Origin: Ylistrum balloti
Taxonomy: Eukaryota
Length of the DNA stretch: 64,000 bases
Reading direction: 5' to 3'
Assembly (NCBI RefSeq): GCF_031769215.1
Contig: NW_026782729.1
Location: 62,001 to 126,000 of the forward strand
Position numbers and translations under genes: made by a program. Positions 1-11,404 of the stretch are shown here, piece after piece; position 1 is the stretch's first letter, and the number at the start of each line of letters is the position of its first letter. Under the pieces are notes generated by a model, which was given only the letters and a program-made list of their open reading frames with translations, had not been told where the DNA came from and did not search any database.

Positions 1-1319
1 AAACTATTACAATTCCACTTTTACAGATGTATACATGATCTATAATTATCTGTAAAAATGCTATCAGAATTGTGTCATAATTTCCATTGAAAATAAATAC
101 TGACCCCCAATATGGCATCATCAAATGGCAGATTGTATGATAAGATTGGTGTCATAAAATCCAAGCATGTACTTACATTAACACTGATTTCTCCCATATA
201 TAATACTGATATCTCACAAAGTGTCCAAATCAACATGCAATTACAACAAAGGATAAAAACTAGATTACTGTGCGATTCCTAAAGGCATGGTTCAGCTAAG
301 AATTGGATAATTGTTATTCCTTAAGGAAAATTTGGTTATCAGTATCATGTTCACGGAAAGTAAGAGATTCTTTTGAATGGATCACATGTATAGAAACTAC
401 AAAACTTTCAGATTCCAAGCTACGTAAAACTGACCTGTCATAAAAGTATAGTGTATTATAGAATCTTAAGTCACATTTCCATTTCAGGGGAAAAAACATG
501 ACTGATTGTAAATGTTTATTTTGCGTAAATTCAAGGGGTTTTTTTCGTTTCTTTTTTTGAGGGGGGAGGGTGGGGGGGGCAATATGTTGCAAGAACCATA
601 GAAATGATTTGTAGATAACAGTTATATACCTCTAGCATCAGCATTCGGAAAATCTCATACTTTTGGTCAATTTTGGATGTAATACATGTAATGATGCCTT
701 TGGGCTGCCTATGGGAGATAACCATGTGATACTTTGTATGATGTGACCTATTTTGGCAGTATAACATAGCTTATACAAATGTTGGTGACTTGGCAAGACA
801 CACAAGGCTATAAAATGGCTAAGGAATGTAGTCAACACATTGTTTCTACACTAAATGCAATACCAAAAGAACCTGTTGTCAAAAAGAACTATTACAGAAA
901 CAAAATATACTCAAAATATAGTTATAAAAATCAGGACAAGCAGGATGAACGAAATTTAAGACTTGTGTAATATACACAGTATGATTTGCAACCAACAAGA
1001 CGGCTGTGTGGAAATAATATTGAGCTAAAATTACTATTGAATAAATTATCAATCTGTGAATAAAAATGAGTTTGATAAAATATTACAACTCACAATAAAT
1101 TAAGGGAGACAATTACTACAGCACTGCAACTAGCCAGGGTAGAAATGATACAATGTCATTAGCCCAGAAAGTACATATGACACATTAGTGTATAATTCAT
1201 TTCTCTATGATAAATAACATAATGTTACAATGATTGTTTGAGAGAGAAAAAAATTGTGTTAATTACAAATAAAATTATCTTTCCAGCATTTTCAAATCTG
1301 TTCATATTTAAATTAGACA

Positions 1320-1393
1320 AAAATAAATTTAACAACACTCTTCAATTAAATAAAGAAAATTCTTCAAAAATATTGCATACAGATTAATTTATT
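1320..1393 (-). terminator. Candidate polyadenylation signal (AATAAA) with downstream U/GU-rich element
   Basis: Plus-strand TTTATT at 1388-1393 reads AATAAA in the mRNA. The minus strand then reads ...ATATTTTTGAAGAATTTTCTTTATTTAATTGAAGAGTGTTGTT..., which is U- and GU-rich. Confidence 0.3.
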
Positions 1394-4300
1394 TCGGAAG
1401 TTGTACATTCCAGTACGACTGCACACTAACAAACTTAACAAACCTGCTTCAGATTAAATTGGTTTTCAACAATAAAGAATAAAACTCATTCAGCATTGCT
1501 AGTTGCCTAACACTTGGCATCGAATCACCTCCATCATTCTTGCATAATGTTTTTCTTTTAATGATTTGAAATTTTTTCAATTATTTGAAACATCTTTTTT
1601 AAAATAAAAAACTTTTTTCCAGGCCTTAACAAATCTTGAAGCAATAAATGATCTGTTTGACATCTTATGTAACACGTTTTGAAACTCATTTAACTGTATT
1701 CTGTTGATATGATACATATCTTACACTTTGTTAAAAAATATTGTTCACAATGTAATAAGTTAGGAAATAAGACTTAGGAGAAAAAAAATCAACACACACT
1801 GAGGAAAATGAAAACAAAACCAGAATTCTACAATATTTAATTTAGCACTCTTTGTATGGGTTTGGTTGTACCATCCTTCTTGGTGATCAAATGGGAATTA
1901 TTGTAAACTTTCATTTCCAAGCAAGAAGTGAAAAATTTAGTAACAATTCTTAAGTTAATCACATAAAGGAGAACTCCCTGTGTGAAAGCAATCAGTGTTA
2001 TCAGTCACATATTTCTAGGTTACAGAACATATGATTGTATAGATATATACCACAAACTCTATATACAAACTTGTACCTAAATGTGATTACATTCACATCA
2101 ATTTCATAACAAATATTCAATAACAATCTTTTTTTCTAATATTTTTTTTATAACTTTTTTGTTTTTCTGTCTAAAAATAACACACTTCAACATAGTTAAC
2201 AAGTAAAAAATAATGTACAAAAGTTTTTGAACAGATTTGCACATATATATATAACTGCATGTTTTCTTTCCAATATATTTCTAACTAGGCTGTGTACCTG
2301 AACTGAATTTCTTTAAATACAACAACAGAATGTACTGCAACTGAAAATGCACTGGATACATATTTAACATATGTATAACAGATGCTTCTTTTGAAGATAG
2401 GGTGGAACATTTGTTGTATTTATGAATTTTAACTATATCAAAAATGAATTACAAACACTCTTTCCATAAATAATCTCAAACATAACTTGTATTACTGACC
2501 ATATTCGATGGAATCATGTTTAAAATTCTATCCTACAGGTCATATGATGGGGCCGAGACCAAGTCCGTCTTTACGTAAGGAGGTCAAAGTTGTCTTCTAT
2601 GTCAACAGTCGGGAAAGTTGTAGATTAGACGAAGATTTAAATGCAGTTGATCATTCTGACTAGCATAATAAGACATAGTAATATCATATTATCTGTGATA
2701 TAACTGTGCAGAATCTGTTCAGAAAATAGTTGCACAAAACAAATGATGAATGAGTTGATACCTGTAAATGGTGAAAGACAACTACAATACCTGACTAACT
2801 CATCATCGTCAATAATAGTGGTGTCTACCTGCATACAGGTCCACCAATATGTACATGCTACACAAGGAATGATAATGGCCATCTCACAGACAGGGAGGAA
2901 TACATATAGGGTCTGGATGAGCAATGGACATGCAAAGGTGGGCGGAGCTCATTGTGTACAAGACTGCATAATGTATGGAGAAAGACACCATTCATACAGT
3001 TATTTACACCACTCATTACAGCCTTGTCACACTCATACATGATTAGTCTACTGCTACACTGTTTTATCATTCTTGCAATCTCTAATTCAAGCTCTCCTAG
3101 TATTTACATATATTTCTAATACTACTTATTTACAAGATCATTTGACCAGGTTCTATATTTCAATAATTAGCAGAACCTGATGTGTTTTACACTACAATAA
3201 CAAATGTGACAAAGGACAGTAACCTCTATTGTCAGACATTTGAGATATGTTTTGATGAAAAGATGTGACAAAGCACAACAAGAAATCTGGACTGGTATCT
3301 GGTATGATACTTTAGAGCAGAAGTGAAACACAGGGGTACATCAAGGAGCATCCCATGTCCCCCTGAATCTCACAAAGTCCGTCCATATATTGACTAGAAG
3401 GGTAGAAATGGGTGGTACCAACGACTTCATTTGCTAAGTCTGAACTTTACATGTAAAACAAAAGGTAGCTGAATTCACATTTATCAAAGCTCGGACGGCA
3501 TCGTAACGCATCAATGTTAAGTAGAAGTAAAACAGACATTAGATGTTTATAAGTACCATATCCATGCATGCATATTTGTTTATATTTGGCATCTAATAAA
3601 CACAGACATTTGAGCAAAGTGCCTTATCTTTTTACACACATTGAACTTGATCCATTGACCTGACACACTAATTTATCCAATTTACCCTCAGAATTTCTCC
3701 AAGCTGATGTTTCAAAATTAAGAATTATTGAAACATTTTCTGCATTACTTTGTTTTAATTTTTTTTTTATATTTTTCCCCCTCTTTTTGTGTCTTTTTTT
3801 TTTTTTTTTTTAAACATATACATTTTTTCTTACATATCATGCTATAATCATAATAGATTTTGTAACATGTCATCCTCTTATTCCTGGAGGCCATAACAAA
3901 GGATATTGATCATGGAAATGCATCTTTCAGACGTGATAATGAAATAATTCATGGAATGACAGTCATATCAGTGCGCTCATTTACTCTAGGCTCCGCCCAC
4001 CTCTCTTGATGCTGCCATTCAAAACATGTTAACCAATGAGATCTGAGTACACAATACAGACTAAAACAACAAGGATATGGAGAGTACAGTAGAAACCTTT
4101 GAGTGTTAATGTACCACACCGCTGATATAACACGACCTACTCTCTGTGTTCTTCCTGGGTATATATATATATAATGTGTATTTTCTATATGACCTGACTG
4201 TGTAAATAAAAAATCTGAAATATAGAGTACGATTTTAAACAGACATATAACTGGCTAGCTACTAAATTATCACAGTGTTATACCTTAACCCCAGCCTCTA

Positions 4301-5776
4301 CTATCACTCCTCCCCCTATATATACTGTACAGGCTATGATACAGCTAGCTGTCTATTGCTGACATCACTAATCTGATATGTGTCCTACTTAATACATCTA
4401 TAGATCTCCTTCATTCATCACAATCAACTCATTTAACATATATATTTCTCTAATTAGTATAATCTTCACCAATATGAAAATTTAATGCAATTTGGTTATT
4501 GTATAAATTCAAATATTTCATTATTCTTTGAGATATTTTTTTCTTAAATTAAAGTACTTAAGCAATTTTTAATGAAAATTAAATTCAATCACATTATTTG
4601 CCACAAAATACACATTTAGCCTTTAACATTTTTTCAATTTTTTTTAAACCAAGACCTCAGACTTCAGGACCTAGAATTATGTATTATGTGTATAGAGAGT
4701 CTAACCAATCTTGAATCACACATGATACTTATACAAAGGGTAACAAGAATGTATTGTATGAACATATATTTACAAAGTTCTGAAGTGACATGGACAATAC
4801 ATCTGTATATTTGATCCTTATGTGATGACTTAATTGAAATACATACAGCGTATTTGAATTTTAGACAGTGAATATATTGTTCTGTCACAATACATCATAT
4901 AAATGCAAATGTAGTGTTAACCAATCAGATTGCTTGTAAATAAGTTAAGATGGAAGACATTCTTATGATACAATGCAGTACTTGATTGGTCCGTTGTACT
5001 AGCGCTGCGAGTGGACGTTAACAATCCTGATATCATGTAGTGCTCGATTGGTCCGTTGTACTAGCGCTGTGAGTGGACGTTAGCATCCATCAGTTGATCA
5101 GCCCACACTGGTGGTGATCTACTTGGTGGGCCTGCAAGATTGTACTGGACAGCATGCAGTCTCCATAGTAATACATAGTCCTGTGGTATCTAGGACGTAC
5201 ACATTCCCACTACGTATCTAGGATATTCCTCCAGCATATAACAAACTGGTATTAATGTTTGAGTACTTTCTACCATGGTAAAATTTTCCCATAGATATAT
5301 CTTTTTCTATATTTATATATATATACATATATATATGTATTCACACATACAAGTCACACATATACTATTTTCCTAAGTCCACATAGTACACTGTGAACAT
5401 GATGACACAGCATCCTCATGTTTGCAGTGGTTGTCTTCAGTTTTGAAAATGAGACAACTATAAAAAATTTGGCTGCATACATTTGGAATCTAGTATGATC
5501 CTTCTAATGTAGACATACTTTTTCTAGCCATCAACATCATTCTCAAAAACTGCGGATCTATATTTTGCATAAACATATCTACATCTCTAACACATAATGT
5601 CTACCATCCTAAGACACGAGGAACTGTGATAAGTCTACAGCGGACGTCTGGGTCTTTGACCCATATTTGCCGAAGAGAGCTCCCACAGTTTGTGCTGATC
5701 TAGGTCCACACAAGCACATAATAAAAATATCACACGCAGACAAAATCTTTCTTCCTCCTAATTTTGTGGTGATTTA
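1370..5776 (-). other. ERR: Probable long 3'UTR of ERR (about 4.4 kb; distal end uncertain)
   Basis: Lies directly downstream of the stop, has no recognisable ORF, and contains U-rich and (UA)n tracts. By eye the first canonical AATAAA on the minus strand is at 1388-1393; several ATTAAA variants come earlier, so a shorter UTR is possible. Confidence 0.45.
4972..5088. repeat. 62-bp-period direct duplication in the putative 3'UTR
   Basis: GATTGGTCCGTTGTACTAGCGCTG(C/T)GAGTGGACGTTA occurs at 4984 and 5046. Confidence 0.9.
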
Positions 5777-6018
5777 TCAAGAATCTGCCTCCAACATTTC
5801 TAAGAAAAGCTTGTGCATCATCACTCGTCCATCCTTTTTCACATCAAACCAGTACTGTTTGGCGAGCAGTTTGATGTGTGTTAGTGGGGGCAGGAGAAGG
5901 TAGAGATGGCCAAGGCGGCGCAGATTTCCAGCATACCGAGACTTCACATAGTCAATCAGGGCATCTTGGAGTTTGTCCTGAAGGTTGCGTACAGCTTCGC
6001 TGTTCTCTATCACGACAT
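5777..6018 (-). CDS. ERR: ERR last coding exon: LBD helices 9-12 with AF-2 and TGA stop (242 nt)
   Basis: Translates (D)VVIENSEAVRNLQDKLQDALIDYVKSRYAGNLRRLGHLYLLLPPLTHIKLLAKQYWFDVKKDGRVMMHKLFLEMLEADS*; MHKLFLEMLEA is the ERR AF-2 helix. Acceptor ttcacag|AT at 6018. Confidence 0.96.
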
Positions 6019-7166
6019 CTGTGAACCAAACATAAAACAATTAATTTCCACACATTTCACAAATTGGTACATAAATAAATAGTAGTAGTAAATAGCAATT
6101 CTTACAAATATAATGTAGAATTAATCCTTAGTGAAAAAAATTCCCTCTGGCATCTGATACAAGCAATTCAAAGGTTCCCTTAATTTGAAAATATAAGTAT
6201 CTATTTTTGAAACCAAATTCCCTTAATAAAGAATTTTTTTGTGTAAATTAATGATCATTTCATATTGAACTTCATAAGAAATTTATCTGAAGTATGGCAT
6301 ATGTTGATAAAAGTAATTTTATACACAAATATTTGAATGTATGCAAATTTCACCTTTTGCTTTTAATTATGAAACAAAAAATAACAACTGGGAAAGTTGG
6401 TGTCAATCTAGAAATTATTTCCCCATTTAAGAAGAGAGTTTATTTCCTCAAAACTTGAGATTGATTCTGTGAGAATATAAGAGAAGATGCCATGGCGAAC
6501 AGCAGAATTTCAACATGACAGGGATTTAGGATACCCAATTACCATACCACACAAACTGAAAGTTTGGACAAGACTTCATAAACCAAAGTAATTCAAAATT
6601 CATTTCTATGAGATGTATTGTAGATAACTTTCTGAGGATTCTGCCAGTGGAAGGTTGACCTATTCATGATAAGCCTTCTGTTTATTACAATCATCTATAT
6701 TTCCTGAAATTATCTTTCATAAAATTTTCTCATACTATTTCCAATACCCATAACTAATCATCATCTTTTGTTTTTCTTTCAGTATGCTTCCGCAGCTAAT
6801 AAGCTAACTGAAGGCTTACTGAGGGCTGCAGAGCTCAATCAAATTCAGATTTAGAACTACCATAAGACTGCAGTAGATGAGTCATTACTGCGTTTCCCTG
6901 CATTACAAATAAATATTGCATGTTAGAATCCATACAGTGCACAGTCATGTAATATTGATACAAGTCAATAGATCTATCTCTCCTGCTCCCAGATAATTAC
7001 AATCTTCAGCACTGCTTAATCACAGCTCAGACAAGACAGTATGAGTATATCTTACCCTGATCAATATCCTTCTTAAAACTTAAGGAATTTAAATGATTCT
7101 GATGCCTTTTTGACCTAGTAATTTGAAAACCAATTTGATCTATGACAGCCTTTGATATGTACATAC

Positions 7167-7439
7167 CTATGTTACATAATGTCATGGCTTTCAGAAGGAG
7201 ATACTCTTCCTTTGTAACTCCCATATTTGTAAATTTTTTGGCGAGTTTGCGGGTGAGGTTATCAAGTTCTGGGCTACACTGGCATTTTTTACACTCATCC
7301 ACTGTCATTTGTAAATCTTCAGCAAAGCGTATGTAGCCAATGTAAGGACAGGATCTAAACACGAGATTCAGACAGAGTATCTCCAACCAGGAGTGCTGTA
7401 GAAGGTTCATCTGGTCACTCAGCGACAAATTGCAGAAAC
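7167..7439 (-). CDS. ERR: ERR exon: LBD helices 4-8 (273 nt)
   Basis: Translates (G)FCNLSLSDQMNLLQHSWLEILCLNLVFRSCPY...KEEYLLLKAMTLCNI(D). Acceptor acacag|GT at 7439, donor ATAG|gtatgt at 7167. The ORF-track tail GMYISK... is intron read-through. Confidence 0.96.
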
Positions 7440-8417
7440 CTGTGTGTAATTATACACAATTAGTGTCTACATACATAGTAATTATGTTATAATTAAAACC
7501 AAATCCAAAAACACATCATGCATTTACTTATTACAATCACAGGGAAACAGCTTAATTATATTTTTTTTTACTGGTGACAAAGCAAAAAATCCCAAAACAT
7601 AATAAACAATAAAACATGTTTTCAAAATGGTAATGGAGTTAAATTACAATGTTCATTTAGGTGAGTGGCATTTTGAAGTCTATCTGCATGTTCTTGTATG
7701 CAAAATATTTATGAAAGATAATATTTTACCACCAAACAAGTGAATAGCGCATAGTTTTACCAAATAATGACTAGCACCAGTAAACTCCTATATATAGGTA
7801 TATATAACGTATTTCTGAGTATATTATCTGTTGTTTTTCTATTTATCTTTTATTAGAAACTCAACTAAGCACAACTTCTGAACATGAACCTCATTAAAAA
7901 TCTGAGTATTGAGTAGATTTGGTCCCTCAACCTATAGTGTTTACATGTTGAAGTTGATATAATATTGAAAGGCTTCTTCTCAATATTTTGATTTTCATGC
8001 AAGATATCATGTAGCTGACAGATAAACACAGGGTTTTGCGAGATACAGGTCGATGAAGATTAAGGGGAAGTTTAACAGTTATCAAAAAGAGATATTTTAT
8101 TTCCTTTTGCAAATGAAGCTGGACGTGTTTGATGTTCAGATGTAAATCTTATGGTTCCATTGTTGTTTACCTTGTTACATCTGAGGATGTGACATCACTT
8201 ACTTGGATTGACTAAGATTAACATGGTGGATGTTGTTGATGACGCAGAAGACGCTTAACTGGTATTATTCTCCTAGCATTTTTTCAGGAGTCTCTGTGTA
8301 AATCTTTCCTATCTTGTCCTAGCTTTATTTTGAGAATGAATCGTGATTCTGTTGGTATGTGGGTATTTTCTTTCTTGGTTGTCTTTATATGGTACATACA
8401 GTCCTAACACTACATAC

Positions 8418-8594
8418 CTGGCACCTGTTTGGCCCAGCTTATAGTAATAACCAATTCTCGGTCAGCTAGATCAGAAAAGGCTGCTATAAAACGCATCTCA
8501 TCATTGACAAGCTCTGGTTCTGGGTTGGCATATAATTTGTCTAACTGTGATTCAATGTTCAGCAACTGTGTCAAAATCTTGTTTTCATGTTGGA
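8418..8594 (-). CDS. ERR: ERR exon: LBD helices 1-3 (177 nt)
   Basis: Translates (F)QHENKILTQLLNIESQLDKLYANPEPELVNDEMRFIAAFSDLADRELVITISWAKQVP(G), with the NR3 signature DLADRELV..WAK..PGF. Acceptor ttacag|TC, donor CCAG|gtatgt. Confidence 0.96.
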
Positions 8595-8804
8595 CTGTAA
8601 TGAAAAAATAAGAATGTTACCCAGTTATTATAAATGATATATATCAATACACTTAACACCGTCTATTTAAAGGAAGAAGGAAATAATCACTGACATGACT
8701 ATACATAATTATAGATAAACAGTTGTAATAATCTGTGACATCATTGGGTTTACTTCAGTTTCTAATTATTTAAAGCTCAATAATTTTATTTACAGGTTAC
8801 TTAC

Positions 8805-8921
8805 ATTCAAAGCATGCTTTTTTCACCATGGGCAGTATGGGTTGTATGAGTGGCTGACTGAGACTGTCCAAGCTTCTCTTGTATTTTTGTCTCCCACCGC
8901 GCACTCTGTCGAGACGCACAC
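8805..8921 (-). CDS. ERR: ERR exon: C-terminal extension (T/A box) and hinge (117 nt)
   Basis: Translates (G)[38 protein letters not shown]; [15 protein letters not shown] is the diagnostic ERR CTE. Acceptor ttacag|GT, donor GAAT|gtaagt; in frame with both neighbouring exons. Confidence 0.96.
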
Positions 8922-9076
8922 CTGTAATATCAAACACACAATGTTATTTTCATATTTTGAAAAGCCTGTGTTTTATGTAATGTCAGAACTGTTTCTTATT
9001 CTTTGTACAACTGTCTTGCATAGATAGCCAAATTAAATCAAGGAAGCCAAAATTCCTATTTTTTTTAATGAGAGTT

Positions 9077-9138
9077 GTCTCCCTTGTACTAGATTACGTT
9101 GTTCTCTGTCTCCCTTGTACTAGATTACGTTGTTCTCT
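9077..9138. repeat. 31-bp tandem duplication
   Basis: GTCTCCCTTGTACTAGATTACGTTGTTCTCT occurs at 9077 and 9108. Confidence 0.9.
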
Positions 9139-10434
9139 AACTAGATCAAAACAGCTAGTGTGTCAGGAATGCAGGCACAGACATTAAAATCTGGCATATT
9201 TCCTGGGCCGATTGTTTGTGGTGGAAGAATGGGTTGTTGACAAGTAGAGATGGTTGTTATCAAATGTCAGTGAGGTAAACAACAAAGATCCTGGTTATTT
9301 TATTACCACTGAAAATACACACCACCTATACAATTATTACATATATATGGATGTCTTTATGGATGATTTACGACTGAGTATATCAATAACAATGCTTTGC
9401 ATTAATTTTGTAAACAAATTAAAAGTCCCAATGCAAACCGATATGTCTTTGTCTATTTTGTAACACCTGCCTATTGAATGTGATATGACCAGTCTGGGCA
9501 GGTGAGCTGTTTAACAACATAATCCTATTAAGAAGGATGGAGGCTGCCTAACCTTTTCCCAGCATCATTATTTACCATTACATCAAAGGCAAATCAATAC
9601 ACCATCATTCCATAACACTTTTTACCAGACAGTGGGGTTATCAGCTACATGGTGTTCCATCTGATTTTGCTTCCAAATCATGGAACCTGCATTGGGATGA
9701 CCTATAGCATTAAACAGGCAGTGGAAGGTTCGTGGCTGCCCCAGTGTGTGCAGCCAATGCAGAATTGACAGGAACTCACCAAACTTATCTAAAATCACCG
9801 ACAGGCAGACAGATCATCTGACAAATGTGTCTACTCTGATCACAGCAGAGGGACACCCTTTTGTATAAAAAACAGCAAATTTTATTCTATTATTTCTCTA
9901 CAAAACATTTACAAAATGATTGAAAGCCATTTGCACCATATTGTGTCTGGATTTTATATGGAGTGGCTTGCTTGGCTCGATATTCCTTAATCCCAAAGCA
10001 ACATCAACATACGTGGTAGTTAGTACCTTTAGATTAACAACAACATGGCAACCGAGTAGAAAACTTCAAATTGATAATGGAATCATACACAAGACCAACC
10101 AAAGTTCTTGTCTCAAATGATTAAGGGCTGTGAGTGCCACTGTTTTCCTGGTGTAAACATTACTAAAGTGTTGTTTAACCTCTAAATCATTTGTGTTCTT
10201 TATGTAAAAAGGACGTGACTGCATTCAGAAAACAAACAACTATTATCTATTCACTGCAGATATTACACATCCCGGAGACTCTCTTTCTACCTCACTATCT
10301 CTTCATCTTGTCAAAATCTTTGCTAGGCTGATCTGAAGAGCTGCAAGGTTGTTCTGGTGGAGAGGTTTTTTTTATTTCACCTAATATTTTTTTTATTTGT
10401 GCTGCATTGTCTTCGTGGGGTTTTCTGGAGTGGA

Positions 10435-10570
10435 TATCATTGCTGAATATTCTGCTGAGCATATGTCATTTTGGGTTTTTCTGCTGGGAATGTCATCATC
10501 AGAATTTCTGCAGAGAATGTCATTGTGATGATTTCTAGAGAGTATGTCATTGCATGGATTTCTGGGAAGC
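10435..10570. repeat. Degenerate ~27-bp minisatellite, about 5 copies
   Basis: Recurrent ...TGTCATT...TTTCTG...GA(A/G)(A/T)ATGTCAT pattern with ~27-nt period. Confidence 0.6.
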
Positions 10571-11404
10571 TTTTCTTTTCACTGTTTAATCGAGCTTATC
10601 TTTACAGTTTTCTTTTGTATCCTTACAACACTGTACATACAAAAAAGAATGAAAGCATCCCAGTTGGGTGCAGGGTGTTTTTACCAGAGAATAACCTCTA
10701 TCATCAACTGCTTACTACATTGTGTAATGTTGACATATTACAAGCTAAAAGCAGGTAGTGCTACACTTGAAGTGTTGTTGGGTCAGATTGGTTAACCAGA
10801 CAAGGTTCATTTATACTGATACAAATCACAGCTGTTATCACCTTAATCATCACCAGTATCTTTCCTCACAAAACCAGTGACAAAGAACCTTTAAGACCAG
10901 AGAAAAATTATGAATAAATTATGGAGTCTCAAGGAATTATACTGTTAAGTTTTGCCATTCTGTTGTAAGCGATATGCACACTGGTGAGATAATCAATTTA
11001 TAAAGGGAAAATTCCAGACATTTCAAAGATGTAGAGAATGGCCTGGAAGGTTTTTTTAAAACAGTTTTTAACAAAACAAACATCGCAGACATTAATGGAC
11101 AGCTATCCACCACAGGCTATATACACCTGGCACCAAAACAAACTGTCAGATAATCCACAATCTGCAACAGATCAAATACGTACAGAAAATCTATGATTTG
11201 CTACTGTGCAAACAGTGACACTAATATTGACAACTAACCGATGGTGTGGTAGTCCTCACTGAGAAGGAACAATTATTAGACTACAATCTGCTGTATTATT
11301 CAGTGTTACAGGGTGATATTTGTTGTGATGTAGGTTTTTGTGGTACATTATTGAGAAAGTAGACTTGGTCTTAGTTAGTTGCAGGCAATGAACTACCATC
11401 CCCA

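Noticed and set aside
561-579. G-rich tract GGGGGGAGGGTGGGGGGGG (possible G-quadruplex)
   Set aside because: A short low-complexity run beside poly-T, on the non-mRNA strand, with no supporting context.
2637-3070. Three overlapping 70-99 aa ORFs downstream of ERR
   Set aside because: No homology signal, overlapping on both strands, and inside the probable 3'UTR.
7027-7166. C-terminal part of the 133-aa ORF as an alternative ERR C-terminus
   Set aside because: A strong GTATGT donor at 7166 joins in frame to the conserved last exon; the extension has no LBD similarity.
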